NCBI GenBank assembly: GCA_963707215.1
Contig: CAVPPB010000003.1
Span: 1,312,001 to 1,376,000 of the forward strand
Direction: 5' to 3'
Origin: an uncultured Chloroflexia bacterium
GTDB taxonomy: Bacteria > Chloroflexota > Limnocylindria > Limnocylindrales > CSP1-4
Length of the DNA stretch: 64,000 nucleotides
Position 1 is the first letter of the stretch. Each line of letters begins with the position of its first letter. The position numbers and the translations under genes are program-made. The notes under the pieces were generated by a model that saw only the letters and a program-made list of their open reading frames with translations, had not been told where the DNA came from and did no database searches. Below, piece after piece: positions 40,401 to 48,545 of this stretch.

Positions 40401-40771
40401 ATCGGGATGAGCGCCCTGCGGACATCGGGGCCGCGCCCCTCGGGATCGCGCGGCCGGCGCGGCCGGCGCGTCCGGGGCGGTCGGTCGCCGGGGCCTCCAC
40501 CCGATGCCGGACGGATCGGCTGGGGTTCCTCCGGCTCCGGCTCGCCGACTCGCTCGGCCTCCGGGCTGTCGCCCTCGGATGCATCGTGGAACCCGGTGCT
40601 GACGGGCTCGTCGACCCGCTCGGCCTCCGGGCTGTCGTCCTCGGATGCATCGTGGAACCCAGTGCTGACGGGCTCGTCGTCGGTATCGGGGGCAGCGTCC
40701 GGCTCCCGCCCCTCGGCCTCGGCCTGGCGGCGGCGGAGCTCGTCCATGAAGTCGTCGAACATGTCTCGCAT
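37442..40771 (-). CDS. UPF0182 family membrane protein
   Basis: WTDAIWFGSVGY, DPVFGRDIGFFLFELPF, NARLWD, LQTVRQYYDF, YTHG, NYIRNSVK, HLRYPE, GNLLVVP, Pro/Thr tail. Confidence 0.93.
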   Translation of the reverse strand: MRDMFDDFMDELRRRQAEAEGREPDAAPDTDDEPVSTGFHDASEDDSPEAERVDEPVSTGFHDASEGDSPEAERVGEPEPEEPQPIRPASGGGPGDRPPRTRRPRRPRDPEGRGPDVRRALIPIAIGVVILVAVPLLGFAVDLWTDAIWFGSVGYDSVFWTRIVTEFWLFLGIFIGGLLILLSNLWLAGRLAPPPQPGGPSLRSFVDRLAEASRDADGRRSGWSDPFSGPGAGGPSRARPVSVGPEELPDLTPIATVALVGLTVFLALTLAAAVSGAWETILLWVNRVPFAPSGDPVTDPVFGRDIGFFLFELPFFRLIQSIANGVIIGALLVAGGRYVVAALRAGGFSFPTPVRVHLAVLGGLYLVSVAFGYQLDKFELVYSANGVATGIGYADQAARFFAFDALTIIAALAAALLVGGAFTRMIWPLGGALVIWFGASIVLGAVYPEIIQRFVVTPNPYANEEPYIRYNIAMTRLSYGLVDWERQDYSGDQPLSAADIEGEAATFGNARLWDYRPLRTTIDQLQTVRQYYDFLDVDTDRYDIEDERRQVMLSARELDLAGSRITQNWLNTRIIYTHGIGAVMVPVNEVVGQGQPRLWIRDLPPVSSDGAPEITQPRIYFGELTSDYIIVGARQPEFDFPSGTGSEGEGTEQGAEYRWTGSSGIPIDSTLTRLLFALRFRDLNLLISDQVTSESQLLFHRSIADRLPRIAPFLRYDRDPYLVAKPDGGLVFIQDAYTVTDRFPNAEYFFPTSELEQTNLGGDPFNYIRNSVKVVMDAYDGTTTFYVADPDDALIRAYQGIFPELFRPLDQLPDDLAGHLRYPEEQFNVQARVFGRYHVTNPLTFFQNDDLWTVPTGTTSEQSLPSEAYYVIMRMPGEEDAEFLLLQPMVPRGRPNMISWVAARNDPEVYGQVRFYQFPSNTTVFGPAQVEALIDQDPIISSQITLWSQAGSTVIRGNLLVVPVQDSVVYLQPVYLQSTGSSFPEFQRIVVASPTSVVWADSLREALDLLLEADAGVTPTPTPGPTPTPGPSPSPGVSPTPGPSLPSGDVQALVDYANFHFELAQQALRAGDFATYGAEMDLVEAALAELATLVGTPPPQVSPSPSPVP
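40546..40679. repeat. Two-copy 66-bp in-frame tandem duplication (DEPVSTGFHDASE[D/G]DSPEAERV)
   Basis: CGCTCGGCCT at 40551 and 40617; peptide duplicated in the translation. Confidence 0.9.
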
Positions 40772-40833
40772 CGCCGGGAAGTCTACCCGGAGGCGGCCGA
40801 TGACCCCTCCGGGGCGCGCCTGGCGAGAGTCGA

Positions 40834-41292
40834 TCAGCCGCGCGCGAGGCTGGCGATGGCCCGCCGGAAGGCATCGAGGACGGTCCCGGCGAGCTGGGTC
40901 TCGCCCATCGCCAGGGCCCGGGCCGCCTCGAAACGCATCGCCGCCCGGACGACTGCCGGGGTGCGCCAGGGCCGGGTCGGGTCGGCCGGCGGTACGACCG
41001 GGGCAAGGCGGATGGCCAGGCGTCCAGCCTCCTCGGCGATGAGCCCGGACAGGGATCCGGCCATGGCGGGGCCCACCCGCGTCAGCGGCGGGTCCGGCGG
41101 TGGACCGGCGGTGGGAGCCAGGTCGGTGAACCGAACGATCCCGGCATCATCGGCGACCCACAGGACGGTCAGCCACCACTCGTCGTCGGTCCGCGTCGGC
41201 CGGGACATGCCGACCCGACGGTCGGGTCGGTCGGAGGAGAGCGGACGGTCCTCGAGGAACGACGGTCCGGGGGCAGGGAGGCGCTGGGTCAT
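40834..41292 (-). CDS. Hypothetical protein
   Basis: 152-aa ORF co-oriented with its neighbours; TATCCT box 6 nt before the ATG. Confidence 0.7.
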   Translation of the reverse strand: MTQRLPAPGPSFLEDRPLSSDRPDRRVGMSRPTRTDDEWWLTVLWVADDAGIVRFTDLAPTAGPPPDPPLTRVGPAMAGSLSGLIAEEAGRLAIRLAPVVPPADPTRPWRTPAVVRAAMRFEAARALAMGETQLAGTVLDAFRRAIASLARG

Positions 41293-41358
41293 GGGGCGAG
41301 GATAGCCATGGCCGCGGGCGCCGGCCCCATCGTCGGGCCCGAATGCGGGTCGGCCGGA

Positions 41359-41925
41359 TCAGCGCTCGGCGGGGGCGTCGTCAGCCGGCGTGTCGGCTTC
41401 GGCCGGCGTGTCGGCTTCGGCCGGCGTGTCGGCTTCGGCGGTCTCGACGAATGGCTCCGGGGCCCCGAGCTCGGGGTCCACGAGAGCGTCGGTCGCCTCG
41501 TCGACCGCGATGGCCGCCCGGATCGCCGCCTGGGCGTCGACCGACTCGCCGCGCTCGGCGGCGGCCAGGGCGTCCTCGATGGCCTGCAGCTCGGCCTCGG
41601 CGGAGAGCTCCGAGATCTCGGCGGCCATCTTGAGGCGGAGCATCTCCCGGCGGACCTCGTCCGACGGCGGCGCCAGCGAGCCGGGCGGTGGGGCCGGTCC
41701 GTCGTCGGGCTGCTCGCCGCTGAGCCAGGCCAGGAGGCGGCTTCGCTGGCGGGCCGGCGCGCGGACGGCGTCGAGGACCGCCATCGCATCCACGGAGGTA
41801 ACGCCGGGGACCTGAGCGTCCTCGTCACCGCCGAGGCTGGCGCCGCAGGCCGGGCAGGCAGGCCCCGAGCCGGCGGGGAGCTCGGTGGAGCACCAGGGAC
41901 AGCGGAAGGTCGCGGCGTCGCCCAT
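41359..41925 (-). CDS. Hypothetical protein with N-terminal zinc ribbon, coiled coil and acidic tail
   Basis: CPWC...CPAC near the N-terminus; ATG 41925 lies 8 nt after TAGAGT; tail (AEADTP)3. Confidence 0.72.
   Translation of the reverse strand: MGDAATFRCPWCSTELPAGSGPACPACGASLGGDEDAQVPGVTSVDAMAVLDAVRAPARQRSRLLAWLSGEQPDDGPAPPPGSLAPPSDEVRREMLRLKMAAEISELSAEAELQAIEDALAAAERGESVDAQAAIRAAIAVDEATDALVDPELGAPEPFVETAEADTPAEADTPAEADTPADDAPAER
41384..41437. repeat. 18-bp tandem repeat x3 (AEADTP)
   Basis: GCCGGCGTGTCGGCTTCG repeated three times. Confidence 0.9.
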
Positions 41926-42021
41926 CGCCGGACACTCTAGCGCGCCGACAACCTCACGGGATAGTCCGATGGTCACGGGTCGGCGATGTGCGGTAGCGGC
42001 CTGCCTCGTGCCCGGCCGCCG

Positions 42022-42858
42022 CTACCTGGCGAAGAACAGCTGCAACTCCAGGACGCCGTCGTCCTCGACCGACACGACGATCGGCGCGCTCGGCATGTCG
42101 ACGCCGAAGTCCGAGAAGACCACCTCGGTCGAACCCACGACCACGACGACGTCGCCCGCGAGGCGGGCCTCGACGGCGAACTCGGCCGGCCGGGTGACGC
42201 CATGGATCGTGAGGTCCCCGACGGCCGTGCCGGACAGCGTCTCGCCCTCGGACGGCTGCGCCCCCAGGTCGAGCGGCTCGGTCAGGACGAACGTGGCGGT
42301 CGGGAAGGTCGACGTCTCAAGGGACCGCTGGATGGCCCCGTCGCGCCGGGTCCGGTCGCTGACGATCCGGGTCAGGTCGGCCTCGATCGTGGCGGTCTCG
42401 ACGGTCGACCCGGAGAACTCCAGCGTGCCGACCACGCCGGGCGTCCGGCCCACGGCGGTCGTCCGCCCGATGCCCTGGCCGAGGACCTCGTCGACCCGGA
42501 AGCCGACCCAGCTGTTCGAGAAGTCGTCGAACGAGCCGACCGACGTGTCGACCGACCAGGACCCGTCGAGGCCGTCTCCGGCGGGGGCGGAGGCGACCGG
42601 CACGGACGGCTCGCTGGACCCATCCGACGACGGCTCCGGGGAGGCCGCAGCGCTGGCAGCAGGGCTCGGCGACGAGACGGCGCCGACCGCATCGTCGATG
42701 TCCACCGCCGACGGCGCGTCGCCGCCGAGGAACAGGAACCAGACGGCGGCACCGGCGACGACGATGCCGGCGATCGCGGCGAGGCCGACGAGCAGCCAGC
42801 GTCGACGGGTCGCCGACGCGTCGCTAGGGGCAGGGGTGGTCGGGGAGCGGTCGGTCAC
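42022..42858 (-). CDS. YceI family lipid/polyisoprenoid-binding protein with membrane anchor
   Basis: N-terminal TM, WSVD, VGFRVDE, AVGRT, RRD, FPTATF, GDLTIHGVT, DFGV. Confidence 0.88.
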   Translation of the reverse strand: MTDRSPTTPAPSDASATRRRWLLVGLAAIAGIVVAGAAVWFLFLGGDAPSAVDIDDAVGAVSSPSPAASAAASPEPSSDGSSEPSVPVASAPAGDGLDGSWSVDTSVGSFDDFSNSWVGFRVDEVLGQGIGRTTAVGRTPGVVGTLEFSGSTVETATIEADLTRIVSDRTRRDGAIQRSLETSTFPTATFVLTEPLDLGAQPSEGETLSGTAVGDLTIHGVTRPAEFAVEARLAGDVVVVVGSTEVVFSDFGVDMPSAPIVVSVEDDGVLELQLFFAR

Positions 42859-43014
42859 GATGGGGCGCCTCCAGTGCCGGGATGGTCGTCGGATGCAGGT
42901 ACGAACGCCGCGGTCCGGCGGATCGCGAGCCGCGAAGCTAGCGGGCCCGGCGGGGAGCGCGCCGTGGATCGGCCCTGAGCGTTCCGCCGTCCCCGGGCGA
43001 CATCGATCCGAGCG

Positions 43015-44793
43015 TCACTCCCACTCGATCGTGGCCGGTGGCTTGCTGCTGATGTCGTAGACGACCCGGTTGACCCCCGGGACCTCGTTGACGATCCGCG
43101 AGCTGATCTTGCCCAGGACGTCGTAGGGCACCTTGGCCCAATCGGCTGTCATCCCGTCTTCCGAGGTCACGGCCCGGATGGCCACGACGTTGGCGTAGGT
43201 CCGGCCGTCGCCCATGACCCCGACGCTGCGGACCGGGGTGAGGATCGCGAAGGACTGCCAGAGGCTTCGGTACAGGCCGGCCGCCTTCACCTCGTCGATC
43301 ACGATCCAGTCGGCCTCGCGGAGCGTGTCGAGCCGCTCGGCGGTGACCTCGCCGATGATCCGGATGGCCAGGCCGGGGCCCGGGAAGGGCTGACGGAGGA
43401 CCATCGCCTCGGGCAGGCGCAGCTCCAATCCGACGGCGCGGACCTCGTCTTTGAACAGGTAGCGGAGCGGCTCGATGAGCTTGAACCGCAGGTCCGCCGG
43501 AAGACCGCCGACATTGTGGTGGGTCTTGATCTTCTGGGCCGTCTTCGTCTCGGGTGCCGTCGATTCGATGACGTCCGGGTAGAGGGTCCCCTGGGTCAGG
43601 AAATCGATCCGCCCCAGCTTCGCAGCCTCTTCTTCGAAGACCCGGATGAACTCGTCGCCGATGATCCGCCGCTTCTGCTCGGGGTCGACGATCCCGGCCA
43701 GACGGGCCAGGAAGCGCTCGCGAGCGTCCACCATGACGAGGCGCATCCCGAGGTTCTGTTCGAAGGTGACCCGGAGCAGCTCCGACTCCTTCTTGCGCAT
43801 CAGGCCGTGGTCGACGTAGATGCAGGTCAACCGGTCGCCGACAGCCTGGTGGACCAGCGTCGCCGCGACGGCCGAGTCCACGCCGCCCGAGAGCGCGCAA
43901 ATGACGCGTCCGTCGGACCCGGTCGCGGCAGCGTGCGCGTCCACCCGCTCGCGGATCTCGGCGACGGTCGTCTCGATGAAGTCGGTGGCGGTCCAGGTCG
44001 GCGGGATGTCGGCGATGCCATTGACGAAGTTGCGGAGCAGCTCCCGGCCCCGCGGGGTGTGGACCACCTCGGGGTGGAACTGGATGCCGTACAACCCGCG
44101 CTCCGGGGCGGCCAGGCCGGCATACGGCGTGGAGTCCGTCTGGGCGGTCGCGTGGAACCCCTCGGGCAGCCGGGTGATCGAATCGCCGTGGCTCATCCAG
44201 ACCGGCTGGTCGCGGTCGAGGCCGGCGAACAGCCCGTCATCGCGGGTGACGGTGACGGTCGCCGGGCCGTACTCGCGCTTGGCGGTCGGCATCACGTCGC
44301 CACCGAGCTCGATGGCCATGAGCTGGGCGCCGTAGCAGATGCCCAGCACCGGCAGGCGGCCGCTCCAGAGCGCCGGGTCCGATCGGGGCGCGCCTTCGTC
44401 GTAGACCGAGTTCGGGCCGCCCGAGAGGATCACCGCCCGCACCCCACGGCGCTCGAGCTCGGCCACCGGGGTGTCGTGGGGCAGCAGCTCCGAGTAGACG
44501 TTGAGCTCGCGGACGCGGCGGGCGATGAGCTGGCTGAACTGGCTGCCGAAGTCCAGGACGGCGACGCTGGCCCGTTCCTCGGCGAGCGGCGCCATGGGCG
44601 GCCGGTCGGCCGTCGAGCGCTCCGGCGGCGGGGCCTTGAGGGCGGTCTCGAGGTAGGCCTCGACCTCCGCGTCGTCGGGCGCCAGGACCCGGTGGCCGGC
44701 GTTGGCCGGCTCACCGTGGACCGTCTTGCCGCGGTCGCCCGGTGGGCCGGCGGGTCGGTCCGCGGACTGCTGTGACTCCTCGGTCTCGGCCAA
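43015..44793 (-). CDS. guaA: GMP synthase (glutamine-hydrolysing)
   Basis: [63 protein letters not shown] 44793 follows AGGAGG. Confidence 0.97.
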   Translation of the reverse strand: MAETEESQQSADRPAGPPGDRGKTVHGEPANAGHRVLAPDDAEVEAYLETALKAPPPERSTADRPPMAPLAEERASVAVLDFGSQFSQLIARRVRELNVYSELLPHDTPVAELERRGVRAVILSGGPNSVYDEGAPRSDPALWSGRLPVLGICYGAQLMAIELGGDVMPTAKREYGPATVTVTRDDGLFAGLDRDQPVWMSHGDSITRLPEGFHATAQTDSTPYAGLAAPERGLYGIQFHPEVVHTPRGRELLRNFVNGIADIPPTWTATDFIETTVAEIRERVDAHAAATGSDGRVICALSGGVDSAVAATLVHQAVGDRLTCIYVDHGLMRKKESELLRVTFEQNLGMRLVMVDARERFLARLAGIVDPEQKRRIIGDEFIRVFEEEAAKLGRIDFLTQGTLYPDVIESTAPETKTAQKIKTHHNVGGLPADLRFKLIEPLRYLFKDEVRAVGLELRLPEAMVLRQPFPGPGLAIRIIGEVTAERLDTLREADWIVIDEVKAAGLYRSLWQSFAILTPVRSVGVMGDGRTYANVVAIRAVTSEDGMTADWAKVPYDVLGKISSRIVNEVPGVNRVVYDISSKPPATIEWE

Positions 44794-44861
44794 CGGCCCC
44801 TCCTGGCGTGCGTTCGCACAGAGTCTACCGGCCGAGGAGGCCAAGGGAGACGAGGGCAGGG

Positions 44862-45212
44862 TCAGGCGCCCGCTGGCCGCAAACGGAAGGCGGGACCGCG
44901 CCCCAGCCCCTCCGACGGCGTGCCGTAGCGGAGGATCAGGGCCGTGACCGCCCGCGCGGCCTCGACCGTGTCCAGCGGCTCGGCGACCGCCTCCCAGGTC
45001 CGCTCGCCGACCGTGACGGTGCAATGAGGATGGGCCTCGAGGTTGCGGGCCCAGTCGGCCTTGGGGCCGCCGGCCGCCACGAGCAGGCTTCCGTCGGACT
45101 CCTCGACGAAGCCGACGGCCGCCGGGATCTCCCGGCCGCTGACGCGGCCCCGGGTCACGATCCGGGCGACCTTCCCCCAGCCGACCAGCTGGGTACCGAT
45201 CTCGTCCGTCAG
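44862..45212 (-). CDS. Deazaflavin (F420)-dependent nitroreductase family protein
   Basis: [27 protein letters not shown]. The frame is open back to a CTG overlapping the guaB3 stop; first GTG at 45158. Confidence 0.8.
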   Translation of the reverse strand: MTDEIGTQLVGWGKVARIVTRGRVSGREIPAAVGFVEESDGSLLVAAGGPKADWARNLEAHPHCTVTVGERTWEAVAEPLDTVEAARAVTALILRYGTPSEGLGRGPAFRLRPAGA

Positions 45213-46387
45213 CGGCCTCGCTGCCAGGACTTGCCCTCGGTGGCGACCGACGGGGCGTAGACCATCTCGACACGCTGCATCTCGGCGATCGTCCGGGCGC
45301 CGAGGGCGGCCATCGACTGGCGCAGCGCCCCGACGAGGTTCTCCGAGCCATCGGTCACCCCGGCCGGCCCGAAGAGGACCCGCTCCAGCGGCCCGCCGGT
45401 CCCGACCTTGATCCGGGTCCCGCGCGGCAGCACCGGCGAGGGCGCGGCCATGCCCCAGTTGGTGCCCTGGCCGGGTGCCTCCTCGGCCCGCGCGAGCGGC
45501 GAGCCGAGCATGACCGCGTCGGCACCGGCGGCGATGGCCTTGGCGATCTCGCCACCGTGGCGCATCCCGCCGTCGGCGACGACGGGGACGTACCGGCCGG
45601 TCTCGGCGAGGTAGACGTCGCGGGCCCCGGCCACGTCGCTCACGGCGCTCACCTGGGGCACCCCGATGCCCAGGACCTCGCGGGTCGTGCAGGCGGCCCC
45701 CGGGCCGACGCCGACGAACACGGCAGCGGCCCCCTGCTCCATCAGGGCGAAGGCGGCCTCGGCGTTGGTCGTGTTGCCGACGGCGACCGGGATGGGCATC
45801 CGGGCGGTGAACTCGGCCAGCTCCAGCGGCTCGTACCCGGAGGCGAGATGGCGGGCGCTCGAGACCTGCGACTGGACGAGGAACAGGTCTGCGCCCTGCT
45901 CGGCGCAGAAGGTGCCCCAGCGGAGGGCGGCTCCGGGGGTCGCTGCGAGGAAGGCTGGCGAGCCGCCGGCGTGGAGCTCCTCGATCCGACGGGTGACGAG
46001 CTCCTCGCGGATCGGCGCCTGGTAGGCGTCGGCCAGGACGTCGTGGACCTCGGCGTCGGGGGCGGAGGCGATCCTGGCCAGCACGGCTGACGGGTCGTCG
46101 TAGCGAGTCTGGACGCCCTCGAGGTTGAGGACCGCCAGGCCACCCAGCCTGGCAAGCTCACCGGCCAGGCGAACGTCCACCGCGGCGTCCATCGCCGCAC
46201 CGATGAAGGGGATGGCCAGCGGGAGGCCACAGAAGGTCTGGGCCAGGTCGACGTCCGAGGGCTCGACCGTGCTGGTGCCGGGCGCCAGCGACACGTCGTC
46301 GAACCCGTAGGTCGGGCGGATGCCATCCACCTTCGAGCGGAAGGTCCGCCGGGCCGCAGCCGTCGCGGCCTGGGACTGGTCGAGCAA
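45209..46387 (-). CDS. guaB3: GuaB3-type IMP dehydrogenase family protein (no CBS domains)
   Basis: [50 protein letters not shown]. Confidence 0.9.
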   Translation of the reverse strand: MLDQSQAATAAARRTFRSKVDGIRPTYGFDDVSLAPGTSTVEPSDVDLAQTFCGLPLAIPFIGAAMDAAVDVRLAGELARLGGLAVLNLEGVQTRYDDPSAVLARIASAPDAEVHDVLADAYQAPIREELVTRRIEELHAGGSPAFLAATPGAALRWGTFCAEQGADLFLVQSQVSSARHLASGYEPLELAEFTARMPIPVAVGNTTNAEAAFALMEQGAAAVFVGVGPGAACTTREVLGIGVPQVSAVSDVAGARDVYLAETGRYVPVVADGGMRHGGEIAKAIAAGADAVMLGSPLARAEEAPGQGTNWGMAAPSPVLPRGTRIKVGTGGPLERVLFGPAGVTDGSENLVGALRQSMAALGARTIAEMQRVEMVYAPSVATEGKSWQRGR

Positions 46388-46463
46388 TGCGGGCCCTCCT
46401 CCGCGCTGTGCCGGGATGGGCCGAGTCTACCGCGCGAGGGCGCCCGGCGATTGGCAGCGCGGG

Positions 46464-46964
46464 TCAGCGGACGACGCGCTCGCCGTCGAGCGTCGTCTCG
46501 AGCCAGCGCGCTCGCTCGACGTCCAGCGGGATAGCAGCCACCCGTTCGATCGCCTCGCGGTAGGCCGGCCAGACGGCCAGCCGGACCGCCTCGCCCGGAT
46601 CGGCCCAGCGCGCCGCGTCGTGCTCGTCGGAGATCCGCGGCTCGACCCCCGCGCGGACCCAGGCGGCGAAGACCACCTCGGCCAGGACCGCGTCGACCCC
46701 GGGCCAGTGGAACATGCTCACGAGGTCGAGGTCGTAGAAGGTCGTGACCTCATCGGGCCCGAAGCCCGTCTCCTCGGCCAGCTCGCGGACGGCGGCCGCG
46801 GCCACTCGCTCGCCCGGCTCGATCGAGCCGGTCACGCACTGCCAGAGCCCGGCCAGCTGGCGGCCCGGACCGCGGCGAAGGAGGAGGATCTCGGTCGTCG
46901 AGGGATCGGTCGGATCCGGCACCCGGAAGACCCAGACGGCGACGAGGTCGGGGCGGAGCGGCAT
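46464..46964 (-). CDS. NUDIX hydrolase (NudB/dATP pyrophosphohydrolase-like)
   Basis: LLLRR, WQCVTGSIEPGE...AAVRELAEETG Nudix box, EHDAARW. Confidence 0.9.
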   Translation of the reverse strand: MPLRPDLVAVWVFRVPDPTDPSTTEILLLRRGPGRQLAGLWQCVTGSIEPGERVAAAAVRELAEETGFGPDEVTTFYDLDLVSMFHWPGVDAVLAEVVFAAWVRAGVEPRISDEHDAARWADPGEAVRLAVWPAYREAIERVAAIPLDVERARWLETTLDGERVVR

Positions 46965-47587
46965 CAGTCGCTTGCCGCGGCGACCGCGGGCGGTCCGTTC
47001 GACGATGCCGCCGCCAGCCGGGACTCGATCGCCTCGAGCTGCTCCAGGTGCATGAGGTCGTGGACGCCGGCGAAGAGGAGCCACTCGCCGCAGCGCAGCC
47101 GACCCACCAGCGGATGATCAAGCGGGCACGGGTCGGTCTCGTGGCCGGCCACCGAGCGGGCGGCCCGGGTGACGATCCGCTGGCTCGTCGCGAGGTGGGC
47201 GAGGATCGAGGCCCGGTCGGCATCGGCCCGGCCCGGCACACCGGGGACGACCGTCGGGGCCTCGGCCGGGAAGCGGCCCTGGGCGGCCAGTGAGGCGGCC
47301 ATCGCCAGGCCGGCCCGGGCGTCGGCGTCGTGGCCGAGCGCCTCGGTGACGCTCCAGTCCGCCTCGCCGCCCGGCAGCCCGAACGCCTCGTCCGGCAGCG
47401 CCTCGACGACCTCGGCCAGGGCCTGGGCCACGGCGGCGAGCTGGCCGGCCAAGCCCGGCGCGGTCCCCTCCCCCGCCCGGCGGCGGACCTCGCGCCGGAG
47501 TCCGATCGGTCGACCCTCCTCGAGCGCCCGCCAGCAGGCCACGACGTCCGGGGCCGTCGACTCGAGAGCCGCCATCCGGTCGTTCAT
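46964..47587 (-). CDS. DinB family protein
   Basis: WSVTEALGH, HPLVG, HDLMHLEQL His triad pattern. Confidence 0.82.
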   Translation of the reverse strand: MNDRMAALESTAPDVVACWRALEEGRPIGLRREVRRRAGEGTAPGLAGQLAAVAQALAEVVEALPDEAFGLPGGEADWSVTEALGHDADARAGLAMAASLAAQGRFPAEAPTVVPGVPGRADADRASILAHLATSQRIVTRAARSVAGHETDPCPLDHPLVGRLRCGEWLLFAGVHDLMHLEQLEAIESRLAAASSNGPPAVAAASD

Positions 47588-47593
47588 GGCTCC

Positions 47594-47665
47594 AGCCTAC
47601 GCGAGCCCGTCGGGGCACGTGAGGGCCGGTCGGCATCGGACGGCGGGCGCGGCCCGGGTGATAAT
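47594..47665. promoter_or_regulatory. Divergent -10 boxes for the DinB-family gene and the four-gene operon
   Basis: TAGGCT on the minus strand (47594-47599) 6 nt before ATG 47587; GATAAT on the plus strand (47660-47665) 9 nt before ATG 47675. Confidence 0.55.
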
Positions 47666-47674
47666 CCCGGCACG

Positions 47675-48517
47675 ATGTCGAGCGAGCCGTTCCGCTACCC
47701 GGACCTCATGGGCCGACTTCGCAGCGAGGGGCTCGTGCGGGTCTTCACCCACGGGCGCGGCGGCCCGCTGACCTTCCTGCTCGTGCTGGGGACCGGCATC
47801 CTGGCCGTCCCGCTGTCGGCGCCGTTGCTCGCCGTCGCCTACGCGGCAGCCTGCGCCCTCCTCTACATCCCCATCGTTCGCGGGGCGATGACGGACCCGG
47901 CCATCCAGCGGGAGCTCCTGACCCAGGCGATCGCCGAGCGCTTCCCGGCCGACGACATCGCCACCCCATCACGTCGGTCGGCCGTCGAGTCGTCGGTGGG
48001 GATCCTGGCCGAGATCGCCCTGCGCATCCACGAGGTCGAGCGTGGCGGGCCCACGGCTGCCCGGGCGCGTGCCGCGTTCGCCGATGCCGCCGGCCTGGTG
48101 GACCTCCAGCGCGAGTCGGCCCTCCAGGCGGAATCGCTCGAGCGCGTGCTGGCCATCGTCGAGCGCAACGACCCCGCGGACGCGGCGTCTACCCGAGGGA
48201 AGGCGGACGCGGAGACCGCGTCGCCGGCCCAGCGGCTGCGCCAGCAGAACATCGATGCCGTGCGTGGGGAGGCCACAGCCGCCGACGAGCTCATCGTGAC
48301 CATCGGCCAGCGCCTGGAGACCATCCTCCTCCAGACGTCGCAGATCGACCGGGAGACCATCGACATCGTGCGAACCGACGAAGCTGTCCGCGAATCGGGC
48401 GAGGCCGTGCAGCGCCTCCAGGACGTCGTGGAGTCGCGGCGTCGCGCCGCCGACCGCCTCATCTCGGTGCTCGGCACCGAGGACGAGGCCGGCACCCTCG
48501 ATCGGGTCGGGTCGTGA
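47675..48517 (+). CDS. Hypothetical protein with two TM helices and a long helical/coiled-coil domain (first gene of the four-gene operon)
   Basis: ATG 47675 lies 9 nt after GATAAT. Hydrophobic LTFLLVLGTGILAV and LLAVAYAAACALLYIPIV are followed by E/R/A/Q-rich helices. Confidence 0.8.
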   Translation: MSSEPFRYPDLMGRLRSEGLVRVFTHGRGGPLTFLLVLGTGILAVPLSAPLLAVAYAAACALLYIPIVRGAMTDPAIQRELLTQAIAERFPADDIATPSRRSAVESSVGILAEIALRIHEVERGGPTAARARAAFADAAGLVDLQRESALQAESLERVLAIVERNDPADAASTRGKADAETASPAQRLRQQNIDAVRGEATAADELIVTIGQRLETILLQTSQIDRETIDIVRTDEAVRESGEAVQRLQDVVESRRRAADRLISVLGTEDEAGTLDRVGS

Positions 48518-48545
48518 CGACCCGCTCCAGCGAAAGGACGGACCC

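Noticed and set aside
42900-42924. Possible ECF promoter (GATC-N17-CGTA, minus strand) upstream of the YceI gene
   Set aside because: Plausible, but too short and degenerate to support from a single instance.
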